Virus record (IMG/VR): IMGVR_UViG_3300032329_000320
Span: 1 to 52,692 of that record
Length of the DNA: 52,692 bases
Source: a virus
Lineage: Duplodnaviria > Caudoviricetes
Strand: one strand, 5' to 3'
The translations under genes were made by a program, and so were the position numbers. Each line of letters opens with the position of its first letter. The first letter of the stretch is position 1. Positions 18,501 to 27,781 of this stretch are shown one piece after another. The notes beneath the pieces were generated by a model. It saw only the letters and a list, made by a program, of their open reading frames with translations. It had not been told where the DNA came from and did not search any database.

Positions 18501-19557
18501 AGGTTATTACGGAAGTCTTGTTAGATATGGACAAAATTATCTAGCAGGAAGTTCGATAAATGATACAAATAGATTCTATGATAGTAATCAGGATGAATAT
18601 GACCTTCAGTATGGAGACATTGAAAGATTTAAATCTAGAGATAAGTCACTTAGAGTGTTCCAACAAAGGAATACAGGAACTGTTCCTATATTCCAATCAT
18701 TAATTCAGGATACATCAGGCTCTAGTCTAATAGCTCAAAGTGATAAGATTTTGAATAAAATTCAGTATTATGCAGGTAACTACGGAATAGGAAATCAGCC
18801 ATGCTCTTTAGCATCATCTTCTTTTGTTGATTATTTTACAGATACAGTAAATGGGGCTATAGTAAGAGTTAGCCTAGATGGTATTACCGCATTAAGTAAA
18901 ACTTATAAGCTAGACGATTGGGCTGTTAGTAAACTATCTAAATACTACAAGTTTGGATACAAAGATGTTATATTTGGAGCATACGATAAATTAAATAATA
19001 ACTATATAGTACACCTTCAGGCTGTGGCTAATATAGAACCTGATTTAGCTATTACAGATACATATACTCTTTCTTTTAATGAGCAATCTAATTCATTTGT
19101 TAGTTTCTATAGCTACTACCCTGAATCTATGGCATTTTCTAATGGAGGATTCTATAGCATGAAATCAGGTAAAGCGTATTTACATGATGTGGTTACTGCA
19201 GGTTCAAGAGCTAGGTTCTATGGAGTTTCAGGAGGATGTTATATACAATGCGTATTCAACTCTTCAAGAGATGCTAAAAAGAGATTCAATGCATTAACTT
19301 ACTTAGGAGATGGCAGTTGGGAAGTAGTATCTAGTACATCTATAGGTCAAGATAGTAGCTTAATAGAATCAGATTTTAATAACGTAGAGGATAAGAAACA
19401 CGCAACAATGCTAAGGGATTCAAATAGTCCTGGAGGATTGATTAATGGAGACGTGTTGAAAGGGGATTGGATTAAGGTAAAACTATCAGCAAAATCACCG
19501 CAAAATAAAGTAAATTTGCATTTAGTAGAATTAAACTTGTTAATACAAAATAGATAA
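15571..19557 (+). CDS. Tail stabilization/muzzle protein (P22 gp10-like role)
   Basis: 1328 aa beta-rich; DAMNI, FQFRYRFVYDDNERS, YGIGNQPCS, FVSFYSYYPE motifs; synteny. Confidence 0.7.
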   Translation: MPQEKKQFQGILNLQDSEDIIQPGHHIDAMNITFRNGIAENILGNRELGSLSLLLPNTGTNVCICAYNDELRGKLIIFNANSLGLDGIYKMSTLDSAAATRIYQAGTASYPNILNFNTANKIHSVNILYGETEADDILLFVDSLGRPTKMKMSRFIANEYSASEINRTYIDVHVNPPLSPIKCTYEHDNAVTANNVRDSLFQFRYRFVYDDNERSTWSQSSITPLPFDYLRQQGIKNNSRIALFMSTGGSNVKKIEIAAKETKGESTSDYFLVDSIDKSISSLSDNSIYKYNFYNNGVYEFLDQREIDLTFDKVPDEANTQELLNGNVIIYGGIKEGYDNPTVTGSLSTFSIDYMTQPNGLLFVASARGEDTSNIASDIVLTIAGTGTLDGNNRTSILDSVNATGHTYVINMVDSLGNAININYNATSQTIDTILTGIGSAATGLGFTTSAVTNHSITISKAGVKLLGSSFRTNNQNILSDSSNVYSELAKNSFYSFGLVYFDVKGKTNGVVYPIQAFDKSTSEYVSVPTAFTDYISLSITSRPPSWAVKYSVVRSENKTIDTQLTWVTNNVATGSSDSTIASDALVTYVGIQNMITYNEILNSDRGINYDFVEGDRIKFISRYQTGNFNDLKATLVTGTYDYEIIGTEINPKIGGKAKDGKYIKLRYSDLSGDLSAQFKVDGSMFFGNYLVVIYRQKKRSADDKTFFYEFGPSLGIGDAGLATRYHIGNTDSAYTNNGNQSTDLVTPAKINFHTGDCYTKFRKNLPIVLGRYEGSLREYAHAVSAGHIYSTMKINLPSEDNAAYRVSSQTEQLSGGYGSGDYPLYANDAGFFFFNKSTTEELKIRITGSFRAYGTKNSYMKLVIKKVPQLAPLAVTTSELTGVVDISNAPVAVGSPGTPVDVQFDKVISVRQTDKISLMAESTVFAQSVVLFSEFNIEVYRNVDRIPVTEELISDSSRLYFNGNGRPFVFDRTAKRGYYGSLVRYGQNYLAGSSINDTNRFYDSNQDEYDLQYGDIERFKSRDKSLRVFQQRNTGTVPIFQSLIQDTSGSSLIAQSDKILNKIQYYAGNYGIGNQPCSLASSSFVDYFTDTVNGAIVRVSLDGITALSKTYKLDDWAVSKLSKYYKFGYKDVIFGAYDKLNNNYIVHLQAVANIEPDLAITDTYTLSFNEQSNSFVSFYSYYPESMAFSNGGFYSMKSGKAYLHDVVTAGSRARFYGVSGGCYIQCVFNSSRDAKKRFNALTYLGDGSWEVVSSTSIGQDSSLIESDFNNVEDKKHATMLRDSNSPGGLINGDVLKGDWIKVKLSAKSPQNKVNLHLVELNLLIQNR

Positions 19558-19559
19558 TT

Positions 19560-20135
19560 ATGGCAGCAGTAGGAGCACTAATAGGAACAGGAATAGGCTT
19601 AGGTACAGCAATATATGGCGGTATTGCAGCTAAAAAAGTAAGAAAAAATATAGAAGGAGAGATGGCTAATAGGCCTGGATTATCAACTCCTGCAGCATTA
19701 TCTAAGCTAACTGCAACAGCAGAGTCTAGAGAAGGCATGGGAATATCCGACGCTGCCAAGAATCTAGCTCAAACAAGTGCTGCTCAGGGAATGTCTACAG
19801 GCATATCTGCTTTAACAAAGGCAGGTAGAGGTGGACTTACATCTGGCGTAACAAGTTTAGTTAGAGGTCAACAAGATTCTGCAAATCAAATGGCTTTGCA
19901 AGACGAGGCTGCTAGACAAAGAAATCTAGGTGCCGCTCAACAAGCTAGAGGAATGATGGCTCAGAGCCAGATGGCAATACAAAAAGATAGGCAAGATGCA
20001 TATCAAGAAAAGCTTTCTTTTTTAAATCAGAGATACAATCAAATGCAAGGATTAGCTAGTCAAGGATTAGGTATAGCAGCTAGTTCTGCAGCAAAAATTG
20101 AAAAAAACCCATTTGCCGGATTATTTAAAAAGTAG
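19560..20135 (+). CDS. Putative ejected internal virion protein (small)
   Basis: Gly/Ala-rich hydrophobic N-terminus, A/Q-rich helices. Confidence 0.6.
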   Translation: MAAVGALIGTGIGLGTAIYGGIAAKKVRKNIEGEMANRPGLSTPAALSKLTATAESREGMGISDAAKNLAQTSAAQGMSTGISALTKAGRGGLTSGVTSLVRGQQDSANQMALQDEAARQRNLGAAQQARGMMAQSQMAIQKDRQDAYQEKLSFLNQRYNQMQGLASQGLGIAASSAAKIEKNPFAGLFKK

Positions 20136-20155
20136 GCATAAAACAAACAGAAACA

Positions 20156-21451
20156 ATGGCAGCATTTAAATTTAATTTACAACAGCTCGATGTTTTAGGA
20201 GCCTATGATAGGTATACTAAAGAATTAGAAGAACAGAAAAAAGAAGAGCTATATCAAAATAAGTTAGTAGACCAACAGGTTGATGACTTTACAAGATATT
20301 ATAATCCAAGCTCTCTTAGAGAGAATGATAAGCCATTACTTCAAGGTTATTTTAAAAGCTATCAAACAGCAGCTAATGCTTTAAATAAAGCAACTAGATA
20401 CGGAAATGTTGAAGAAGTAAATAAGAATAGAGATATAATGCAGAAGTCTATTGCAGATATGGGTGACCTATATAATAGGTCTGTTATTGCAAAGAAAGTT
20501 GCTGCTGACTTATCCTCATTGAAAGACCAACAAAGAAAAGGACTTATTGTAATAGATGATAAGAACTACAATGACAATTTTAATTTATTTACAGCAGGAA
20601 GCTTAAATGATATAGAAACTAGTGTAGGAAAACCTGACACATGGGGAAATGTAATGACAGGGGTTGAATATAATAATAATAAATATAATGAGGCTATAAC
20701 AAAGGCTAAGAACGCATTCAATGCTTCTACAAATGGAGAGAAGACTAATTATATAAAATCATTAAAGCCTACAGAAACTACACTAGTTGAAGCTAATGGA
20801 GAGAAACTTAGCGTTCCCGTTTACGAATACGTTCCAAACTACAAAAAGGCGCTTGAGTTAGCAATTCTTCAACCAGAACCTGCAAAGGCTAAATTGATGC
20901 AGAATTTCAATGCTAGTATGGCTCAAGGTGGACCATATGCAGATTCAGCTAGAATAACGCAGGATAAAATATCTAAAATATACGGAGTAGCTCCTGAGAA
21001 TATTACAGCAGATATGTTCCTTGCGTACACTATAGCCGGAGATTCAATCAAACAAGCTGACTTTAAAGAAGGTAAGGCTACATGGCAAATGAAGCAAGAT
21101 GAGCTCAAGTTTGAATATAAGAAAAATCTAGATGAAGCAAAGATGAAATTAGCTAAACTTAAGGCTGCAAATAAATCTGCAGGAACGGGAGGTAAGGTTA
21201 ATAACATGGAAATAACATTGCTTAAAAACTACTACGACGCTTCTAAAGGAGATTTTACAGATAATTCAGGCAATATAAAGCCTGGAAAGGAAGTTGTATT
21301 TAAGTCGTTCTTAGAAGGTATTGACCCTAAGATAATTGGATTCATTCAAAAGGCTGCTCCAAAAACAGCAACCGATATTAAAGAGATGAACAAAGTGTTA
21401 CAGGGGTACATGAAAAATCCACAGAGCCTATACGCTGCAGTAGGTGGATAA
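20156..21451 (+). CDS. Putative ejected internal virion protein (medium)
   Basis: 431 aa, helical, no Cys or His; synteny. Confidence 0.6.
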   Translation: MAAFKFNLQQLDVLGAYDRYTKELEEQKKEELYQNKLVDQQVDDFTRYYNPSSLRENDKPLLQGYFKSYQTAANALNKATRYGNVEEVNKNRDIMQKSIADMGDLYNRSVIAKKVAADLSSLKDQQRKGLIVIDDKNYNDNFNLFTAGSLNDIETSVGKPDTWGNVMTGVEYNNNKYNEAITKAKNAFNASTNGEKTNYIKSLKPTETTLVEANGEKLSVPVYEYVPNYKKALELAILQPEPAKAKLMQNFNASMAQGGPYADSARITQDKISKIYGVAPENITADMFLAYTIAGDSIKQADFKEGKATWQMKQDELKFEYKKNLDEAKMKLAKLKAANKSAGTGGKVNNMEITLLKNYYDASKGDFTDNSGNIKPGKEVVFKSFLEGIDPKIIGFIQKAAPKTATDIKEMNKVLQGYMKNPQSLYAAVGG

Positions 21452-21509
21452 TAGAACTCCTTAGTATAAAATTGGTTAGCTTTGCATATTACTGTAAAGC
21501 TAATTTTTT

Positions 21510-24500
21510 ATGGCAGATACCCAGAATGATAATCAACAGCAGCCGCCTAGAGGGGGATTATTGAGAGCTATTTTTGATAAAGGAATACAAGATGGAACTA
21601 TTCAATCAGGACCTATTAGTCCTGCTAGAAAGGTTCAGCCTATATTAACAGGAGTTAGTTCTGAAGCTCAACCTAGACCTATATCTCTACAAGGTGCTGG
21701 AATGGAGAAGCCAAGAAAGGCAATAGTTCAACCAAAGCCACAATTAGTCGGTAAGGTAGAAAATGGAACACCTGTACAACCAATAGCTGTTCCTCAAGTT
21801 AGTGATATACAGTCACTTGCTCCTCAAAAACAATTAACCGAAACTGAGATAGAGCAGAATAGAGCAAAGTATGTGCCTGAAGCTATAGAGAATACAATAA
21901 TCACAGCTAGAAATAGTGCGTCAGATAAGACATATTTTGACAACTTTGTTGCCCCTAATTTAAGAAAAACATTATCTGAAGATATTAAATCAGGAGAGCT
22001 TAATGCAGGATTAAATAAAGATAGATACCCTGTAGTAACAAGACAGATAGATGGTATATTTGAGAATATAGTATTAGGCGTAAAGGATAGGGCTAATACT
22101 TTAATAGGTCTAGATGAGTATGATAGGTTAGATAAGCAAGGTAAAATACAATTCCTTTCAGGTAAAAGCACATTAAGAGTACCCACCATATCTCAAGTTG
22201 GTTCGCCAACAAGAGATTTATATTCAGGTCAAACAACTCAAGAATACCAAGGCGCTGTACCAACAGAAAGAGGAACAGCAGGAGAAATAGCTTATGGTGT
22301 AGGCGGTGTCCTTCCGGACATTGCTACAGGTATCGTGACAGCACCGTTAAATTTGGTAGTTCCTGGAGCTAGCTTATCTTCAGTTGCTGCCATACAAGGT
22401 AGGACAGGAAGAATAAATGCGGCTCAACAAGCATTTCAGGTAGCAAAGACGAATGGATTAAATGATGATGAGGCTTTACAGGTTGCAAAGAATGCAGAGA
22501 AAACAGGAGCTGTAACAGGTGCATTAGAGGGTGCTGCTAGTCAATTCTTTGGTACTAAAATACTTAAAGCATTTGCTGAACCTGCAGCTAAAACAGCATT
22601 AACAGGATTCGTTAATCAAGCTAAACAGTTTCTTAAAGGAGCTATTACTACTACAGGTAAAGTAGCTCTTCCTTTAGCTGCTGATATGGGTGTTGCAGGT
22701 GCTATGGAGATAGTAAGACAAGAAGCTCTTGCAGACCAAAACTTAGAAAATCTAAATAGAGATAAAGAGATTTTAGATAATGTTAAAATGGAAGGTGCTG
22801 TTGGTTTAGCATTTGCTATTGTTGGAAAGCTTAGTAAAGTTCCTAAGTATCTTCAGTCTTATGCAACTAGCGCATTAGCTACATTAGACCCTAATGACTT
22901 AGTGGATTACGCAACAGAAATGGAATTGAGAGGAGAAGCTCCTGCAGGTTTTACGGATACTGTTAGAGAAGAGGTAAAGAAATATAATGATGCAAAGGCT
23001 GCATCAGGAGATGTTGTAGATGCTAATATAGAGCCAACAATCGTTGGTTTAATAATGAAGAAGAAAGGTCTTCAAGAAAAACTTAAACAGGCTGATGATA
23101 CAATTAAGCCTCAGATACAAGCACAAATAGACGAATTAAATACAAGAATTAATACTACACTTGATACAAAAGTACCTCAAGAAGTAGATGATAAAACACA
23201 ATCTAAAATAGAACAAGATGCCACTAAAGAAAGCGAGCAAGTCTCTACCGTACAAGAAGGCGGTACAGCAGAACCTACGGGAGTTATTTCTGGACAACAA
23301 GAAGCCGGGAAAGGAGAAGGGAGCCAACGGCAAGCCACGGAGCAGAGCACAAATATTAGCGATAGCAATATCGGAAGCCAAGCGGAAGTGGTACCTACTC
23401 AAGAAAAAACAAAAAGAGCAGGAGACTCTATTAGAGCATTTAAGATAGAACAAGCTGCAGATACTTTGGATACTAATATATTCGGTATACCTATTGCAAT
23501 ATATAATGGTGTACTAGAAACCGCAGCAACAGCTACTGATTTAGGTGCCGATGTAGTTACTGCTGTTAGAAAGTATTTATCAGAACAGAATCCTGATGAT
23601 ATAGTAGATATAGATGAGAGCGCATTAATAGATGACATAACATCTAAGCTTCCTAAAAAAGAAAAGCCTATCATTACAGAAGATGATGTAGTTAACTATG
23701 AAGCTACTTCTGAACAAAGGAATAATCAAGAAAAGAAAGCATCTAGAACTGTTAATAAAACAGTATGGAGAAAGTTATTAAAGGCTGTTGATGATAATCA
23801 GGTAAATGTAATAAAAGAACTTAGAAAGACTGGTAAGTTTTCAGACTTACTTGTTTCTGCATTAGAAGCTATTAGGCACACTTCAGCAGATTCAAATCAA
23901 AGGATAGATGCATTTAATAAAAATGTATATGATGGACTTAGTGATAAGCCTACAATTCAATTAGGAAACTCTAAGTTTAGCGAGAAAGGATTACTTGAAG
24001 CTGTTATAAAAGCTAAAAGATTGATAGAGATTCAAAGAATGCTAAGTGACAAGTTCAATAGATTTCAACAATATGATACAGAATATAATACAGCATTAGC
24101 TGAATATGAAGCAATAGATGAGGCCACAGCAAAAAATAAAAAGAAACTAGATAAGGTAGCTGAAAAAATAAATGAATTAAATAAAAAGATTGTATCAGCT
24201 AATTTAGATGAAGCTAATCAAGAAGAGTTTGATAAATTAGTTGAACTTGTTAGAGACCAACATGATAAAGCTGATGCTATAATGGCTGAGATGGAATCTA
24301 TATCTGAGCAAAACAAGATAGCTATTGCAAAGATAAGAGAGACTAGAAACAGAAGACAAACAGCACTAGAGTACATAGCAAATAGAGGTGTGCTAACACG
24401 TAATCAAGACGGCACATATTCTTTAGGTAATTACAAAATGGGAGCCATAAGAGAAGGCGTTCCATATACCGCAAATGAAGCTCAAGCATTTTTAAATGTA

Positions 24501-27218
24501 GCTTCTAAATCTGATAAATTTAGCGATATTGACGCTAGGTCAGAAGAGGCTTTCTCTGCATTCAAATCAATATTAGATGAGCAATATGATGCAGGATTAA
24601 TATCTCAAGATGTATATGATGATTTATCTAAATATAAATATGTTCCAATTAAGTATATATCAAGCGTATTGACAGATGGTAATAGCGCATTTATGAAAAG
24701 TAGAGGAGGAGCTGGTATTAAATCACTAACAGGTGGTTCTGATGGTTCTCAAATAACAGATTACTCTACTTTATTCAATATATATGCTACAACAGCTTTA
24801 AAGAATATAGCAACTAATAAAACACTTCAATTATTAGAGAAGGCAATAAAATCAGACCTACCAACAATGGGTGCTACTAATATGTATAATCAAGACATAG
24901 TAGTAAAACTAGCAGAAACTGAAAAGAAAAAAGACGGAACAGATAAGGTAGATAAATTTGGAAACAAAGTATATGTAAAACCTAAAGATGGTTTTAGTAA
25001 TATTAAGGTTTATAATAAAGATGGCATAACAATGCTAACTGCACCTACCTGGTTTACAGATGAATTTCATGGCAACTCTGAATACAATAGAGGGTTGAGT
25101 ATGCTATCATCTGCGCTCGGAGTTAACTTACTAAGAAAAGCTGTTACTATTGCGAATCCAGCATTCGGTATAGCTCAGTTAGTGACACTAGACCCTATTC
25201 AAGCTATTTTAACAGCTAAAGGATTCAATCCTGTTTTACCAATAGCATATGCAGAGATAGTAGCCCAATGGCCTTCAGTTGCAAAGAGTATATTCAATAG
25301 AGATGCTATTTACAAAGAGGCTATTAAGAATGGGGTATTTGGTGATATGGCTGCTAGGTCAGGAATAGATAAGTTTTATGATAATGCGATATTTACAGGT
25401 GTAAAAGATATAGATGATAAAATTGCTGATAAAAATTTATTTGAAAAAGTTTTATTTGGAGCTGATATATCTAGGATACCAGGAATTAAGCAAGCTATAG
25501 ATTTTGGAGAATCAACAGTAGGAGCATCAGAAAAAATGACAAGACTTATAGTTTATAAAAAAGCTAAGAAGTATTTCATGGATAAAGGGTCTTCTGAAGA
25601 GGAAGCCGGGCAACTAGCAGCATATGAAGCTAGAAATACCGCAAACTTTTCTAGAGCAGGTGATATTATAAAACAAGCTAACCATGTAATTCCATATCTG
25701 TCAGCAGCATATGCTACTAAAAGAGCAGTTGTTAAATCAATAAAGAGAGACCCTGCAAAAGCTACTTTCGTAATTTCTCAAATGGCATTAGGCGGTATGG
25801 CTGCTACGCTATGGTCTATTGGTGCTATGTCTGATGATGAAAAAGAAAAAGAGTATTGGGGAGAAATGTACAAGGCTCTTCCTGATTACTATAAGAATAA
25901 CTATGTTGTAATAAGAAATCCTTCTCATAAAATAGGAGATGATATTACAAATGCATTCATTAGAATCCCTTTACCATTTGGAGCAAAAGAAATGTATAGC
26001 GGAGTTATGAGCGCTAGTATGGGAGAGTATATGGATGAGGCAACAACTCCAAGAGAGGCTATCGTATCTTCAATATTATCTACTCTTGATATGGTTGGAT
26101 TAGAAGACGTATCATTACCTCCTGTTGCAAATGCATTAGTTAAGTATAAATTAAATATAGACCCGTATACTGGTAATAAGATAGTTTATGATGAATCTAC
26201 AGGAAAATATAGTTTCCTTGAAGAAAAGAAAGGAACACTACCTATGATTCAGGCTGCAGCACAGAAAACTAAAGCATTCTCTGCTCCTAGATTACAAGCT
26301 GCTATAGAGTCATTTACAGGAAAGTTTGAAAGAAATCCTTTAACTCAAATAACAGTTAACTCATTAAACTCTATGTACGAGTTAGCTGCAGGTAAAGAAA
26401 ACTCTGTATTAAAGTCTATAAAAGATGACCCAAACAAACTCATAGAAAGTCCATTGACTTCCGTATCAGGTAGATTTTTTGCTACACCTACTAAGTACTA
26501 TAAAAATAAGTTTAATACAATCCTTACTGATTATCTATATTCTAAGCTTAATAGTGACTTTAATGGAGCATTAGTAGATTTAGCAGGCAAAAGAATGGAG
26601 AAGATTGGAATATCAGGAATGACATCTAATGAGCAAATGAAATTTTTTGTTAAGGATGCTGAAATATTCCTTAAAGAAGTTGAGAGAGACTTAGGAAAGC
26701 AAGAGGCTTTAAAATATGAGAAGAAACTAAGAGATGCTAGAGTTGGAGAAATAAAAGATGTTCTTAAACTAAAGATAATTGAAGATGATTCTTTAAAGAA
26801 ATTAGCAACAGAGACTAATCCTACTATTAAAGGGAGAGCCGCTTATGAGATATTAAAGAATTCTTCAGATAATCCAAATAAAAAGACCCTTATAGCAACA
26901 GCATTACAAGCTACCGAATTCTTTAGAGACCCTGCAATAGTTGCTTCTTACATGGAAAGTATGCTTGATGATAAATTTGGAGCAGAATATAGAGATAAGT
27001 TTAAGGGTACTTTAAAGGGCAATAGGGCTGATGCTATAGAAAAGATGTATAAATCATCAAAGCAGTTTGGTTCAGACTCAGAAGAGGTAAGAAATGATAA
27101 GCTTGGGATGATAGATGTAATGAAGTTCTATATAGATAGTAAGAACTACGATAGAATGACAAGAAAGGGAGATACTATAACTGAAAGGTTATTTGGGTTC
27201 GACTACCCTCGGAAGTAA
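21510..27218 (+). CDS. Large internal virion protein with LPD38-like C-terminal region
   Basis: 1902 aa; NFSRAG..IPYLSA, LPDYYKNNY..FIRIPLPF, NIDPYTGNKIV motifs; promoter TAGCTTTG at 21477-21484. Confidence 0.7.
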   Translation: MADTQNDNQQQPPRGGLLRAIFDKGIQDGTIQSGPISPARKVQPILTGVSSEAQPRPISLQGAGMEKPRKAIVQPKPQLVGKVENGTPVQPIAVPQVSDIQSLAPQKQLTETEIEQNRAKYVPEAIENTIITARNSASDKTYFDNFVAPNLRKTLSEDIKSGELNAGLNKDRYPVVTRQIDGIFENIVLGVKDRANTLIGLDEYDRLDKQGKIQFLSGKSTLRVPTISQVGSPTRDLYSGQTTQEYQGAVPTERGTAGEIAYGVGGVLPDIATGIVTAPLNLVVPGASLSSVAAIQGRTGRINAAQQAFQVAKTNGLNDDEALQVAKNAEKTGAVTGALEGAASQFFGTKILKAFAEPAAKTALTGFVNQAKQFLKGAITTTGKVALPLAADMGVAGAMEIVRQEALADQNLENLNRDKEILDNVKMEGAVGLAFAIVGKLSKVPKYLQSYATSALATLDPNDLVDYATEMELRGEAPAGFTDTVREEVKKYNDAKAASGDVVDANIEPTIVGLIMKKKGLQEKLKQADDTIKPQIQAQIDELNTRINTTLDTKVPQEVDDKTQSKIEQDATKESEQVSTVQEGGTAEPTGVISGQQEAGKGEGSQRQATEQSTNISDSNIGSQAEVVPTQEKTKRAGDSIRAFKIEQAADTLDTNIFGIPIAIYNGVLETAATATDLGADVVTAVRKYLSEQNPDDIVDIDESALIDDITSKLPKKEKPIITEDDVVNYEATSEQRNNQEKKASRTVNKTVWRKLLKAVDDNQVNVIKELRKTGKFSDLLVSALEAIRHTSADSNQRIDAFNKNVYDGLSDKPTIQLGNSKFSEKGLLEAVIKAKRLIEIQRMLSDKFNRFQQYDTEYNTALAEYEAIDEATAKNKKKLDKVAEKINELNKKIVSANLDEANQEEFDKLVELVRDQHDKADAIMAEMESISEQNKIAIAKIRETRNRRQTALEYIANRGVLTRNQDGTYSLGNYKMGAIREGVPYTANEAQAFLNVASKSDKFSDIDARSEEAFSAFKSILDEQYDAGLISQDVYDDLSKYKYVPIKYISSVLTDGNSAFMKSRGGAGIKSLTGGSDGSQITDYSTLFNIYATTALKNIATNKTLQLLEKAIKSDLPTMGATNMYNQDIVVKLAETEKKKDGTDKVDKFGNKVYVKPKDGFSNIKVYNKDGITMLTAPTWFTDEFHGNSEYNRGLSMLSSALGVNLLRKAVTIANPAFGIAQLVTLDPIQAILTAKGFNPVLPIAYAEIVAQWPSVAKSIFNRDAIYKEAIKNGVFGDMAARSGIDKFYDNAIFTGVKDIDDKIADKNLFEKVLFGADISRIPGIKQAIDFGESTVGASEKMTRLIVYKKAKKYFMDKGSSEEEAGQLAAYEARNTANFSRAGDIIKQANHVIPYLSAAYATKRAVVKSIKRDPAKATFVISQMALGGMAATLWSIGAMSDDEKEKEYWGEMYKALPDYYKNNYVVIRNPSHKIGDDITNAFIRIPLPFGAKEMYSGVMSASMGEYMDEATTPREAIVSSILSTLDMVGLEDVSLPPVANALVKYKLNIDPYTGNKIVYDESTGKYSFLEEKKGTLPMIQAAAQKTKAFSAPRLQAAIESFTGKFERNPLTQITVNSLNSMYELAAGKENSVLKSIKDDPNKLIESPLTSVSGRFFATPTKYYKNKFNTILTDYLYSKLNSDFNGALVDLAGKRMEKIGISGMTSNEQMKFFVKDAEIFLKEVERDLGKQEALKYEKKLRDARVGEIKDVLKLKIIEDDSLKKLATETNPTIKGRAAYEILKNSSDNPNKKTLIATALQATEFFRDPAIVASYMESMLDDKFGAEYRDKFKGTLKGNRADAIEKMYKSSKQFGSDSEEVRNDKLGMIDVMKFYIDSKNYDRMTRKGDTITERLFGFDYPRK
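23218..23448 (+). CDS. Candidate overprinted basic protein in +1 frame
   Basis: MPLKK..QNLREL..KPRSRAQILAIAISEAKRK resembles free-standing small phage basic proteins; A-rich leader. Confidence 0.6.
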   Translation: MPLKKASKSLPYKKAVQQNLRELFLDNKKPGKEKGANGKPRSRAQILAIAISEAKRKWYLLKKKQKEQETLLEHLR

Positions 27219-27250
27219 AAATAGCTTAAATTTGCATAAAATAATAACTT

Positions 27251-27781
27251 ATGCCTTTTGAAGCAATTATAACACCATCTCAGAGCTCAAACTGTGCTAG
27301 ATTTACGGTAACTGATACATCTACATATTCGGTTGAAGCTAAGGGTACATTCAGCTCTAGAAAGCTAACCTTACAGAAGTCAGATGGTTCTTATGTAACT
27401 GTAGGAGCTACTGTTTACAATGAATATGTATGGCCGTATGCTGCAGGAGATTCTATAGAAATTACGGGTCTTACATGGGACTTAGCTATTACTGCTGTTC
27501 TTAAATTAACATCATCTTCTCCTCAAACAGGAAGCACATATACAGATACACAGATTTTCAGTTTAACATGTTTCACTAACTCTGCATACTTTACCAATAC
27601 TAGCCTAATGTCTACAAATCAGTCATTAGAAAAGAATCCTAAGTTTGTAAGAGATGTGATTAGGTTATTCATAGAACAATCTGCTGCCGTAAAAGCTGCT
27701 GCAGAGGGTAATATGTCTAGTGCACAAGCGTCTTTAGATAGAGCAGAATACATAACAAATGACCTTAAAACAGGGTACTAA
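27251..27781 (+). CDS. Putative tail structural protein
   Basis: 176 aa S/T-rich; promoter TAAATTTG at 27227-27234; stop overlaps the fibre start. Confidence 0.6.
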   Translation: MPFEAIITPSQSSNCARFTVTDTSTYSVEAKGTFSSRKLTLQKSDGSYVTVGATVYNEYVWPYAAGDSIEITGLTWDLAITAVLKLTSSSPQTGSTYTDTQIFSLTCFTNSAYFTNTSLMSTNQSLEKNPKFVRDVIRLFIEQSAAVKAAAEGNMSSAQASLDRAEYITNDLKTGY

